Shown: positions 29,318 through 39,048 of the stretch, piece after piece
Numbering within the stretch: position 1 is the stretch's first letter
How the letters are laid out: the number at the start of each line of letters is the position of its first letter
Source of the DNA: Bacteroidales bacterium
Lineage (GTDB): Bacteria; Bacteroidota; Bacteroidia; Bacteroidales; Bacteroidaceae
Assembly: GCA_030532685.1 (NCBI GenBank)
Contig: JAUNKN010000006.1
Location: 5,217 to 69,216, forward strand
Length of the DNA: 64,000 nucleotides
Direction: 5' to 3'
Notes under the pieces: generated by a model
The model's database searches: none
Seen by the model: the letters and a program-made list of their open reading frames with translations, nothing else
What the model was told of the DNA's origin: nothing
Program-made: the position numbers and the translations under genes

Positions 29318-30400
29318 ATGGAACACAAAGCAATCAGCGGACTGAAAGCGGCCGATTTCCAAAAGGAAATCGGCGGCAAGCAGGTAGACCTTTTCTTCTT
29401 GCGCAACAAGCATGGCTACGAGGTGGCCGTCACCAATTATGGCGGTTCGATCGTAGCCATTATGGTGCCCGACCGCAATGGCAATTTGGCCAACGTGATT
29501 CAAGGGCATGACAACATCGACGACTGCGTGAACAGCCCCGAGCCTTTTCTCTCCACATTGGTAGGACGCTACGGCAATCGCATTTGCCGAGGCACCTTTC
29601 AGTTGAGTGGCAAGGAATATCATCTCTCTATCAACAACGGCCCCAATCATCTCCATGGCGGGCCCACGGGTTTTCATGCCCGGGTTTGGGATGCCGAACA
29701 AGTAGGCGAACACACACTCGTACTTCGCTATATTTCAGCCTACTATGAAGAAGGATTTCCTGGAGAGCTCTCAATGACCGTTCGCTACACTTGGACCGAC
29801 GACAACGAGCTCGTCATCGACTATCGCGGCACGACCAACAAGAAGACCATCGTCAATATGACTTCGCATGGTTTTTTCTCACTCCAGGGCATAGCCAATC
29901 CTACACCTTCGGCCATGGATACCATTTGCGAAATCAATGCCGACTTCTTTATCCCCATCGATGAGAACTGCATTCCTACTGGCGAAATTTTGAAGGTCGA
30001 AGGTACTCCCTTTGACTTCCGTACGCCCTACGTCATTGGCCAACGCATCGACGACACCACCGACGAGCAGATTCGCAATGGTGCAGGCTACGACCACTGC
30101 TATGTGCTCAACAAGAAGGAAGTAGGCGAACTCTCCTTTGCCGCTCGCATCCTCGAGCCCAACACAGGCCGTACAATGGAGGTATATACCACTGAGCCTG
30201 GCGTACAATTCTATTCGGACAACTGGGCCGACGGTTACAAAGGACAGCATGGTGCCACCTTTGGGCGTCGTTCTGGACTTTGCTTCGAAGCACAGCATTT
30301 CCCTGATAGTCCCAACCGTCCGCACTTCCCCAACGTCGTGCTCAAACCCGGTGAGGTTTACACCCAAAAGACAATCTACAAATTTGGTGTAGACAAATAA
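29318..30400 (+). CDS. galM: Aldose 1-epimerase (galactose mutarotase)
   Basis: GRYGNRI, NHLHGG, EEGFPG, GYDHCY, CFEAQHFPDSPN. Confidence 0.95.
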   Translation: MEHKAISGLKAADFQKEIGGKQVDLFFLRNKHGYEVAVTNYGGSIVAIMVPDRNGNLANVIQGHDNIDDCVNSPEPFLSTLVGRYGNRICRGTFQLSGKEYHLSINNGPNHLHGGPTGFHARVWDAEQVGEHTLVLRYISAYYEEGFPGELSMTVRYTWTDDNELVIDYRGTTNKKTIVNMTSHGFFSLQGIANPTPSAMDTICEINADFFIPIDENCIPTGEILKVEGTPFDFRTPYVIGQRIDDTTDEQIRNGAGYDHCYVLNKKEVGELSFAARILEPNTGRTMEVYTTEPGVQFYSDNWADGYKGQHGATFGRRSGLCFEAQHFPDSPNRPHFPNVVLKPGEVYTQKTIYKFGVDK

Positions 30401-30456
30401 CCATTTCCCCATGAATATCAACAATTAAAATACAAACTAAAACAACCCAAAACAAA

Positions 30457-31725
30457 ATGGCTCAACAGTCCAAACAGTGGGGTGCCATCATCGTGATGAT
30501 AGCCCTCTTTGCAATGATTGCCTTCGTGACCAACCTTTGCACGCCTATGGCAACCATCATCAAGAACCAAGGCGAGATTTCCAACGTGCTCGCACAGATT
30601 GGCAACTACGGCAACTTTATCGCTTACCTCGTGATGGGTATTCCCGCAGGTATGCTCATTTCAAAGTTTGGCTATAAGAAGACCGCCCTCATCGGTCTTG
30701 CCGTAGGTAGTACTGGTATCCTCATCCAGTGGTTCAGCGGCCAGCTCAATGCCGAAGAAAACCTCGGCCTCGTGTTTGGCGTATACCTCGCTGGCGCTTT
30801 CATCGCAGGTCTCTGTATGGCCATTCTCAACTGTGTGGTCAACCCCATGCTCAACCTCCTCGGTGGTGGTGGCAACTCTGGCAACCAGCTCATCCAAATT
30901 GGTGGTGTATTCAACTCTTCGGCCGCTGTGGCTTGCTACATCTTGATGGGTGCACTCATTGCCGATGCGACCAAGGCTAAAATTGCCGATGCAACCCCCG
31001 CACTCATGATTGCTCTTGCCATTTTCGTCGTGGCTTTCATCGTGATTCTTTTCACTAAGATTGAAGAACCTGAGCAAGCCCCTGTACGTGTAGACCTCGT
31101 AGCAGGTGCTCTGAGCCATCGTCACTTCGCTCTCGGTGCGCTCGCCATCTTCCTCTACATGGGTATCGAAGTAGGTGTGCCCAACTTCGTTCAACAGATG
31201 CTCATTGCCGATGGCATTCCTTCAGGAACTGTAGGTTTGCTCGTAGCGGTTTATTGGTTCATGATGCTCATTGGTCGTTTCGTAGGCGCCAGCATTGGTA
31301 GCAAGGTGAGTAGCCGCACGATGATTACCACAGTTTCGAGCGCCACACTCGCTCTCGTGCTCTTTGGAATGTTTGCTCCCGAAGGCATCATGGTGAATTT
31401 CCCTGGCGTAAACTGGGGTACCCTCACACTCATTTGGCAAGAAATTCCCCTCGGGGTGTTCTCCTTCCTCCTCGTGGGTCTTTGCACCTCGGTGATGTGG
31501 GGCGCCATCTTCAATATGGCAGTCGAGGGCCTCGGCAAATACACGGCCATTGCCAGCGGTATCTTTATGACCATGGTATTCGGATGCGCTGTAATGATGT
31601 TCATTCAAGGTTTCGTAGCCGACCTCTTTGGGTATATGGCCAGCTTCTGGGTAGTAGTAGCCTGCGCTGCCTACATCCTCTTCTACGCGCTCGTGGGTAG
31701 CCGCGTGACCAAGCGTTCTGAATAA
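30457..31725 (+). CDS. MFS sugar transporter (FucP/GluP-like), probable galactose permease
   Basis: GYKKT, FLYMGIEVG, GRFVG, SVMWGAIF; lies between galM and galK. Confidence 0.88.
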   Translation: MAQQSKQWGAIIVMIALFAMIAFVTNLCTPMATIIKNQGEISNVLAQIGNYGNFIAYLVMGIPAGMLISKFGYKKTALIGLAVGSTGILIQWFSGQLNAEENLGLVFGVYLAGAFIAGLCMAILNCVVNPMLNLLGGGGNSGNQLIQIGGVFNSSAAVACYILMGALIADATKAKIADATPALMIALAIFVVAFIVILFTKIEEPEQAPVRVDLVAGALSHRHFALGALAIFLYMGIEVGVPNFVQQMLIADGIPSGTVGLLVAVYWFMMLIGRFVGASIGSKVSSRTMITTVSSATLALVLFGMFAPEGIMVNFPGVNWGTLTLIWQEIPLGVFSFLLVGLCTSVMWGAIFNMAVEGLGKYTAIASGIFMTMVFGCAVMMFIQGFVADLFGYMASFWVVVACAAYILFYALVGSRVTKRSE

Positions 31726-31747
31726 TCCCAAGAAAACTCCTCTGTGA

Positions 31748-31782
31748 TTGTAGTATGTCGTCACAACGGCGACATACTACAA
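31748..31782. other. Intra-operon hairpin without a T-tail
   Basis: ttgtagtatgtcg...cgacatactacaa, 13-bp perfect stem between the MFS gene and galK. Confidence 0.7.
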
Positions 31783-31826
31783 ACCTTATCCTCTATACCA
31801 TAAATCCTCTCTAAAACTTAATCTCC

Positions 31827-32987
31827 ATGAAACTCACTATCGACGACGTACGCAGTCGTTTCCAAAAACATTTCGACGGCTCTACTGGTTCTGTTTACGC
31901 CTCTCCTGGCCGTATCAACCTCATTGGTGAGCACACAGACTATAACGATGGCTTCGTATTTCCTGGGGCTGTAGAGCAAGGTATGATTGCCGAAATCAAG
32001 CCTAATGGTAGCCGCATTGTACGCGCCTACTCTATCGACCTAAAGGACTACACTGAATTTTCGCTCGACGACGAGCAAGGACCTACCGCCTCTTGGGCAC
32101 GCTACATATTCGGAGTGTGCCGTGAAATGATGGCTTTGGGCGTTCCCGTCGAAGGCTTCAACACCGCCTTTGCTGGCGATGTACCTCTTGGTGCAGGTAT
32201 GAGTAGCTCGGCTGCTCTTGAGAGCGTTTATGCTTTTGCGCTCAATGACATTTGGGGCGACAACAAAATCGAAAAGATGGAGTTGGCTCGTGTAGGTCAA
32301 CGCACCGAGCACAAATATGTAGGTTGCAACTGCGGTATTATGGACCAATTTGCTTCTGTACATGGTAAAAAAGGCTCGCTCATGCGTTTAGACTGCCGTT
32401 CTGGCGAATTTGAGTATTTCCCCTTCAACCCCGAAGGCTACAAGCTCGTTCTCGTCAACTCGCAAGTGAAGCACGAACTCGTAGGCTCCCCCTACAACGA
32501 CCGCCGTCGCAGCTGCGAGCGTGTGGCCGAAGCCATCAATAAGATTCACCCCGAGGTGAAGAGCTTGCGCGATGCCAGCTACGAACAACTCGATGAGGTG
32601 CGTGGCACCGTGAGCGAGGAAGATGCAAAGCGTGCAGCCTACGTGATTGGCGAACGCGAACGCGTACTCACCGTGTGCGATGCCCTCGAAAAGGGTGATT
32701 ATGAGACTGTGGGCGCAATGATGTATGCCACACACGAAGGTTTGTCAAAGGAGTACGAAGTGTCTTGCGAAGAGCTCGACTATCTCAACGATATTGCCAA
32801 GGAAGAAGGCGTAACAGGTTCGCGTATCATGGGCGGAGGCTTCGGTGGTTGCACCATCAACCTTGTAGCCGACGAACTCTACGACCACTTCTGCAAGACG
32901 GTTAAGGAAAAGTTTGCAGCCAAGTTTGGCAAAGATCCTATCATCATTGACGTAGTCATTGGCGACGGTTCTCGTAAACTCTGCTAA
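31827..32987 (+). CDS. galK: Galactokinase
   Basis: PGRINLIGEHTDYN, PLGAGMSSSAA, CGIMDQ, SRIMGGGFGGC. Confidence 0.97.
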   Translation: MKLTIDDVRSRFQKHFDGSTGSVYASPGRINLIGEHTDYNDGFVFPGAVEQGMIAEIKPNGSRIVRAYSIDLKDYTEFSLDDEQGPTASWARYIFGVCREMMALGVPVEGFNTAFAGDVPLGAGMSSSAALESVYAFALNDIWGDNKIEKMELARVGQRTEHKYVGCNCGIMDQFASVHGKKGSLMRLDCRSGEFEYFPFNPEGYKLVLVNSQVKHELVGSPYNDRRRSCERVAEAINKIHPEVKSLRDASYEQLDEVRGTVSEEDAKRAAYVIGERERVLTVCDALEKGDYETVGAMMYATHEGLSKEYEVSCEELDYLNDIAKEEGVTGSRIMGGGFGGCTINLVADELYDHFCKTVKEKFAAKFGKDPIIIDVVIGDGSRKLC

Positions 32988-33019
32988 GCTCTCCTCTTTC
33001 TCGAAAAAACAGTTTTTAT

Positions 33020-33056
33020 AGCAGCACTTGAAAGTTCTCAAGTGCTGCTTTTTTTT
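33020..33056 (+). terminator. Intrinsic terminator of the gal operon
   Basis: agcagcacttga/tcaagtgctgct stem plus T-run. Confidence 0.85.
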
Positions 33057-33331
33057 GTGAGGAAAAAGAAGGCAAACAAGCTCACAAAATGGGCAAATAC
33101 AAGTGCTTGATTTTAATGCCTTATGAAAGAAGAGTGCCTCTAAATACTTCCTCTCTCCCTCTTCTACATCTCCTTGACACCGCCCCGAGTTGAATTTAAC
33201 ACAGTACTTCTCTGAAAGAAAGCGTCAAGAAACGCAGAAAACTCCAATTCATGGCACAACAAATGTATGCTTTGCTTGGTAGAATGAAAAGGAAATAATA
33301 ACTTTGCCCTTACAATACTTGCACAATCGCC

Positions 33332-34453
33332 ATGAAGAAAATCCGATATACTCTCGTCTTTTTGACCGCTCTATTTTGTTTCACTTCTGCTTTCGCTCAG
33401 AAGCTGGAAGTAGGCAATTATATTTTCAAAGACAAGAGTGTATATACGGGAGAGATGCGTAGTGGAAAACCCGAAGGAAAGGGGCGTACGCAGTTTCGCA
33501 ATGGCGATGTCTATGAAGGCGATTACTTTCGTGGAAAACGCCATGGCTATGGTACACAAACCTTTGCCGATGGTGAAAAATACGAAGGGATGTGGTATGC
33601 CGATCAACAACATGGAAAAGGAACCTACCACTTCATCAACAACAATCGTTACGAAGGGCTTTGGTATAGAGATCAACGAGAAGGACAGGGCACAATGTAC
33701 TACTACAATGGCGATGTCTATCAGGGTTCTTGGAAAGCCGATAAGCGAAACGGTGAAGGAACGTACACATTCGTCAGCGGTGCTTACTACCGTGGAAGTT
33801 GGGTAAACGACAAAAAACAAGGACGTGGCACTTTCGATTGGAACGATGGTACCAAGTACGAAGGGCAGTGGATGAACAACCTACGCAATGGACAAGGTAC
33901 ATACCACTATGCCGACGGCGATGTATATACAGGCGACTGGAAGGACGACAATCAAAATGGTCGGGGCATCTATCGCTTTCAAAATGGCGATGTCTACGAA
34001 GGCCAATATCTCAATGGAGAACGCACAGGCGAGGGAGTTTGCACCTTTGCTAATGGCAACAAATATACGGGCCAATATAAAAATGGCGAGCAAAGTGGAC
34101 AAGGCACTTACATTTGGAAAGGGCAAGCCACGTACACTGGACAATGGTTGCACGACAAGCCCCATGGGCAGGGCAACTACAAGACGAAGGGTGGTGACAA
34201 CTACATCGGGCTATGGAAAGATGGCAAGATGGATGGAGAGGGTGTGCTGCGCTCTGCCAATGGCGAACGCTACAAAGGACACTTCCGCAATGGTCTAAAA
34301 CATGGCCGCTGCATAGAAATTATGGCCGATGGTACTCGTTTTGAGGGAAGTTATGCCGAAGGCGAACGAGATGGAGATTTCGTAGAATACGACAAAAATG
34401 GCAATACCACAGCACGGGGAAGCTACACGAAAGGACGGAGGGTGCAGCGATAA
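33332..34453 (+). CDS. Exported MORN-repeat protein
   Basis: Signal peptide, then about 14 23-aa repeats (YEGxWxxDxxxGxGTYxYxNG); TAACTTTG at 33299-33306 upstream. Confidence 0.93.
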   Translation: MKKIRYTLVFLTALFCFTSAFAQKLEVGNYIFKDKSVYTGEMRSGKPEGKGRTQFRNGDVYEGDYFRGKRHGYGTQTFADGEKYEGMWYADQQHGKGTYHFINNNRYEGLWYRDQREGQGTMYYYNGDVYQGSWKADKRNGEGTYTFVSGAYYRGSWVNDKKQGRGTFDWNDGTKYEGQWMNNLRNGQGTYHYADGDVYTGDWKDDNQNGRGIYRFQNGDVYEGQYLNGERTGEGVCTFANGNKYTGQYKNGEQSGQGTYIWKGQATYTGQWLHDKPHGQGNYKTKGGDNYIGLWKDGKMDGEGVLRSANGERYKGHFRNGLKHGRCIEIMADGTRFEGSYAEGERDGDFVEYDKNGNTTARGSYTKGRRVQR

Positions 34454-34517
34454 GCAAAAGCATTCCTCACCAAATATAAGTAAGAATTAGATTTCCATCC
34501 TTCAATAGAACAACACT

Positions 34518-36554
34518 ATGAAAGTTCCAAGTAAGCGAAAAGTAAAGTCGATGCTCAAACTTGTGAAGCAAGATGCTTGGCTCGCACCTTATGCCGAGGC
34601 TATCAATGGTCGTCATGACCACGTGCTCAACAAGATTCATCAGCTCACTAACGGACAGGGTTCTCTCTCCGATTTCGCAACGGGACATCTGTATTTCGGC
34701 CTACACAAGGACGAAAAGGGATGGGTGCTCCGTGAGTGGGCTCCCAATGCTACACAGCTCTACCTCATAGGTGATTGTAACGGATGGAAAGAAAGCGAAG
34801 AATTCAAGTTTCATCGCGCCGCGACTCCTGGAAATTGGGAGCTTCGCCTTCCTGCCACTACTCTGTCTCACGGGCAGTTGTACAAACTAAGTGTTCACTG
34901 GCCAGGCGGACAGGGCGAGCGTATTCCTAGCTACGCACGTCGCGTTGTGCAAGATGCAAGCACTAAAATTTTCTCCGCACAAGTATGGCAACCCGAAAAG
35001 CCTTACGAATTTGCCGTCAAGAATTTCAAGCCTAAACGCGATCCTCTCCTTATCTACGAATGCCATATCGGCATGGGGCAAGACAAGGAAGGCGTGGGAA
35101 CCTACACAGAGTTTCGCGAACAAGTTCTCCCCCGCATCGCGAAAAATGGCTATAATTGCTTGCAGATTATGGCCTTGCAGGAGCATCCTTATTATGGCAG
35201 CTTTGGCTATCACGTAAGTAATTTCTTCGCTCCTTCGAGCCGTTTCGGCACTCCCGAAGAATTGAAGGCCCTTATTGATGCTGCTCATGGCTTAGGTCTG
35301 TCCGTTATCATGGATTTAGTACAGAGCCATGCAGTGAAAAACGAAGTGGAAGGTTTGGGAAACTTCTGTGGTGATCCTCACCAATACTTCTACCAAGGCG
35401 AGCGTCGCGAACACCCAGCTTGGGACAGCCTTTGTTTTGACTACGGCAAGCACGAAGTTATTCATTTCTTGCTTTCTAATTGCAAGTATTGGCTCGAAGA
35501 GTTCAACTTAGATGGTTTCCGCTTCGATGGTGTTACGTCTATGCTCTATTACAGCCATGGATTGGGAGATAGCTTTACCAGCTATGCCGATTACTTCAAC
35601 GGACATCAGGACGACAATGCCATTTGCTATCTCACCTTGGCCAATCTTCTCATACACGATATCAAACCTGCCGCCATCACTATTGCAGAAGAAGTAAGTG
35701 GAATGCCTGGTCTTGCCACTCCTTTCAAGGACGGAGGATACGGTTTTGACTATCGTATGGCCATGAACATTCCCGACTATTGGATTAAGACGCTCAAAGA
35801 AGTTAAAGACGAAGATTGGAAGCCCTCTTCTATATTTTGGGAGCTCACCAATCGTCGCAAGGACGAACAGGTCATTTCCTATGCCGAAAGCCACGACCAA
35901 GCCTTAGTGGGCGATAAGACGCTTATTTTCCACCTTGTAGATGCCGATATGTATTGGCACTTCCGTAAGGGAGATCAGAACGAACGTGCCCATCGTGGTA
36001 TTGCTTTGCACAAGATGATGCGCCTCGTCACCGCTTCAACGATGAACGGAGGCTATCTCAACTTTATGGGTAACGAATGGGGACACCCCGAGTGGATTGA
36101 CTTCCCCCGCGAAGGAAATGGTTGGAGTCACAAGTATGCTCGTCGCCAATGGAATCTCGTAGACAACGAAGAGTTGTGCTATCATTATTTAGGCGATTTT
36201 GACCGAGAAATGCTCAATATCATCAGTGCCGAGAAGCACTTCAACAAACAAGAAGTTGTAGAAATTTGGCACAACGATGGCGATCAGATTTTAGCTTACG
36301 AGCGGGGCGATTTGCTCTTCGTCTTCAACTTCTCTCCCTTCGACTCCTATACCGATTATGGCTTTATGGTCAAAAAAGGAGCTTACAGCGTCGTACTCAA
36401 CACCGACGACACACACTTTGGCGGCAATGGACTAGCCGACGACAGCGTAGTTCATTTCACCAACTATGATCCCATTCTTGATCCCGACGGAAAAGGCTGG
36501 TTGCAACTCTACATCCCCGCACGCTCGGCCGTGGTTTTGCGAAAAAACAAATGA
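34518..36554 (+). CDS. glgB: 1,4-alpha-glucan branching enzyme (GH13)
   Basis: REWAPNA, IYECHIGM, GFRFDGVTSMLY, AEEVSG, YAESHDQ, FMGNEWGHPEWIDFPR. Confidence 0.94.
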   Translation: MKVPSKRKVKSMLKLVKQDAWLAPYAEAINGRHDHVLNKIHQLTNGQGSLSDFATGHLYFGLHKDEKGWVLREWAPNATQLYLIGDCNGWKESEEFKFHRAATPGNWELRLPATTLSHGQLYKLSVHWPGGQGERIPSYARRVVQDASTKIFSAQVWQPEKPYEFAVKNFKPKRDPLLIYECHIGMGQDKEGVGTYTEFREQVLPRIAKNGYNCLQIMALQEHPYYGSFGYHVSNFFAPSSRFGTPEELKALIDAAHGLGLSVIMDLVQSHAVKNEVEGLGNFCGDPHQYFYQGERREHPAWDSLCFDYGKHEVIHFLLSNCKYWLEEFNLDGFRFDGVTSMLYYSHGLGDSFTSYADYFNGHQDDNAICYLTLANLLIHDIKPAAITIAEEVSGMPGLATPFKDGGYGFDYRMAMNIPDYWIKTLKEVKDEDWKPSSIFWELTNRRKDEQVISYAESHDQALVGDKTLIFHLVDADMYWHFRKGDQNERAHRGIALHKMMRLVTASTMNGGYLNFMGNEWGHPEWIDFPREGNGWSHKYARRQWNLVDNEELCYHYLGDFDREMLNIISAEKHFNKQEVVEIWHNDGDQILAYERGDLLFVFNFSPFDSYTDYGFMVKKGAYSVVLNTDDTHFGGNGLADDSVVHFTNYDPILDPDGKGWLQLYIPARSAVVLRKNK

Positions 36555-37438
36555 GAAATCTCCCCATCATATCCCAAAGAGGAGTGCGTATCGTAGGATG
36601 CGCACTCCTCTTTTGCGCTTTTGCCTACGGCTATTTTACCTTCCTTATAGGTGAGCAACTCTCTGCTTTTACAGCAAAGTGGGGGCTCATTGCCCCTTTT
36701 TGGTGGGGAGCGATTGCCTCACTCCTCACTCTACCCCTGAGTCTGTATTGGCTCTCGCGCTATGCTATGCGCTACTCTACCCTTTCACTCCTGTTGCGCA
36801 CGGCGCTCGTTTTTTTTCTACTGGGCTGGATAACTCCCAGCGACGAACTTGCCACGCTCGAACTCCGTACAGCTCGATTGGCTGCACAAGGGCAATGGGA
36901 AAAAGCGCTCACCATAGGCAGTAAAAGCCAACAAGGTAGCCCGATGCTCACATCACTGCGCAGCGAAATTCTACAACGACAAGGGGCAAACGCGCTTCCG
37001 CTCTACTTTTTTGACTACCCCATCCCTCTCGAAGCCGACTCCTCTTGGCTTGCTCCAAGTTCGCATCCTTATCGACACTTACTCCCCTCTCTTCCTCCTT
37101 CTCCCCATGTCGAACTACTGGGTCTACTGCTTAATCGTCAATTAGAAAGTTTCGCCCAAAAACTTCAGGCTTACCGACTCCTCTCCGACTCTCTTCCCCC
37201 CGTTTATCTCCAAGCGCTCCTACTTCACAAACGCCTGTCGCCACATCCCGTTGTAAACTTTACACACTCTACCACCGAGGCCAACTACCGCGATTTTGTC
37301 GACTATCGCCACAAAGTGAAGTCGTTGCCTCTTCTACAGCGCCATCCTTCCTTGCGTGCCGAAGCCAATCTTCTATACCCCCTCTATGGCAATACCTATT
37401 GGTGGTACTACTTCTATAATCGTTCACTCCCCAACTGA
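36551..37438 (+). CDS. Membrane hypothetical protein, DUF6057-like
   Basis: N-terminal TM helices; C-terminal YGNTYWWYYF; ATGA overlap with glgB. Confidence 0.6.
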   Translation: MRNLPIISQRGVRIVGCALLFCAFAYGYFTFLIGEQLSAFTAKWGLIAPFWWGAIASLLTLPLSLYWLSRYAMRYSTLSLLLRTALVFFLLGWITPSDELATLELRTARLAAQGQWEKALTIGSKSQQGSPMLTSLRSEILQRQGANALPLYFFDYPIPLEADSSWLAPSSHPYRHLLPSLPPSPHVELLGLLLNRQLESFAQKLQAYRLLSDSLPPVYLQALLLHKRLSPHPVVNFTHSTTEANYRDFVDYRHKVKSLPLLQRHPSLRAEANLLYPLYGNTYWWYYFYNRSLPN

Positions 37439-37449
37439 TTTCCCCCACT

Positions 37450-37965
37450 ATGAACCACGTATATCGCCGCGATGTCCTCGATTTTGTAACCATTGCCACA
37501 GAATTCTGTCGCCAACTCGAGCAATGCCCTGGCTCCGATCGTCGTGAGTTTGCCACACTCATGCAACGCCTCCTTCCCATGCTCTATCTCAAAGCCACGA
37601 TGGTCGACGAAGTAGAAGAAGGTTATGGCTACGTAGACCCTGTGGTGACCGAAGCCGACTACGATTTTGTCAAAGACAATATCAAAGCCATTCTTCGTGA
37701 TGCCAACGACTATCTGGACGTTTTTGTCCAAGACTTCCGCTATTCCGACACCCCCATCGTGGCCTGTGTGAGCGAAAGTCTGGCCGATTGCTATCAAAGT
37801 TTGCGCAACATGGTCGAAGCCTTCCGTTCCGAAATCGACGAAGCAATGGAAGTAGCCCTCTACGACTGTTTAGAAGATTTTCGACAATCTTGGGGACAAA
37901 AATTACTGGGTGCCCTGCGCGCTCTTCACGAACTGATGGCTTCTGGACAAGTCGATGAACTATAA
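37450..37965 (+). CDS. DUF5063-like protein
   Basis: LDFVTIATEFC, LPMLYLKA, SESLADCYQ, WGQKLL..LRALH. Confidence 0.75.
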   Translation: MNHVYRRDVLDFVTIATEFCRQLEQCPGSDRREFATLMQRLLPMLYLKATMVDEVEEGYGYVDPVVTEADYDFVKDNIKAILRDANDYLDVFVQDFRYSDTPIVACVSESLADCYQSLRNMVEAFRSEIDEAMEVALYDCLEDFRQSWGQKLLGALRALHELMASGQVDEL

Positions 37966-37971
37966 ACTACG

Positions 37972-38823
37972 ATGACCGATATATTCATACAAACCGATAA
38001 AAAACTCATCCCTACTCTCGAGCGCTACACCTTCGACGGGCGCATCGTCGTGGTGCAAAGTGTCAGCGAAGCAGAGCGTGCCGTGCGCTACCTGCGCACC
38101 TGCCCCATTTTAGGTTTAGACACCGAGACGCGCCCCTCCTTTCGCCGTGGACACCAAAACCATGTAGCACTGTTGCAGATTGCTTCGACCGAAATTTGCT
38201 TTCTCTTTCGGCTCAACTTTATGGGCTTTCCTCAGTGTCTCATAGACTTGCTCGAAGACCCCAAAGTGCTCAAAGTGGGGCTATCGCTCAAAGACGATTT
38301 TCGTCAACTGCGTCAGCGTCATGCCAATTTTGAACCCCAAAACTACATCGAGCTCCAACTCTCTGCGCATCGTCTTGGCACCAACGACATGAGCCTTGCC
38401 AAGCTCTTTGCCAACTTCTTCCGATTGCGCATCTCCAAAACCGCCCAGCTCAGCAACTGGGAAGCCGATTCGCTCGATGAGAAACAGCGTCTTTATGCAG
38501 CCACCGATGCTTCAGCTTGCATCTTGCTTCATCAACGCATCGAAGAGCTGCGCCTTTCGGGGCAATATCGGCTCATTCCTCCCCCAGAAGGAGTACCTCT
38601 CATTCCCCCTTCTCTCCCAAAGGACGACAAGGAAAAGAAAGTTCCACGCAAACAATCTCGCCGCCAACGAAAAAGCACGTCAAACACCCCTTCTCCTGCC
38701 AAAGGTAAAGGTACTTCCCCAAAAACTCGCTCTACAGCAAGTGCGACGAAAGCCAGTAAAAGTATAGCAAAACGTACTCCTCGCAGCGGAAAGAAGGGCA
38801 CAGTCCCTCCGCCTGCGAGCTAA
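37972..38823 (+). CDS. DEDDy 3'-5' exonuclease (WRN/RNase D-like) with basic C-terminal tail
   Basis: GLDTET, LLQIA, KVG...DD, SNWE...L...Q..YAATDA. Confidence 0.9.
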   Translation: MTDIFIQTDKKLIPTLERYTFDGRIVVVQSVSEAERAVRYLRTCPILGLDTETRPSFRRGHQNHVALLQIASTEICFLFRLNFMGFPQCLIDLLEDPKVLKVGLSLKDDFRQLRQRHANFEPQNYIELQLSAHRLGTNDMSLAKLFANFFRLRISKTAQLSNWEADSLDEKQRLYAATDASACILLHQRIEELRLSGQYRLIPPPEGVPLIPPSLPKDDKEKKVPRKQSRRQRKSTSNTPSPAKGKGTSPKTRSTASATKASKSIAKRTPRSGKKGTVPPPAS

Positions 38824-38869
38824 ACGCTTTTCTATCTGTATTATTTTTTTACCCTATCGGAGATTGTTT

Positions 38870-38957
38870 TATTATTTCCGCGCAATTATTCAATTATTCC
38901 CGCGGAAGAAATTATATAATTGCGCGGAAATAATCGAATAAGTCCGCGGAAATAATA
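38870..38957. repeat. Family-B array: 4 tandem 22-bp degenerate palindromes centred on CCGCGG
   Basis: Cores at 38878, 38900, 38922 and 38944; attatttccgcgcaattat and ataattgcgcggaaataat are exact reverse complements. Confidence 0.88.
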
Positions 38958-39048
38958 AACAAAACTCGCAACTAAGTTTTTCTGTCTGCTTGTGCTGCAC
39001 GTTTTTCTCCCTCGCCAAGTAGTCGTCTCCCCTATATTTTTCTTTCCT

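Noticed and set aside
28627-29409. 260-aa minus-strand ORF with RRK repeats
   Set aside because: Overlaps ferritin, the gal promoter and galM antisense; the repeats derive from array A3.
33252-33267. TGGCACAACAAATGTA as a second sigma54 promoter
   Set aside because: The -12 box is poor (ATGT), and a good TAACTTTG element at 33299 already explains the MORN gene.
33440-34430. 69-bp periodicity
   Set aside because: Fully explained by the 23-aa MORN repeats.
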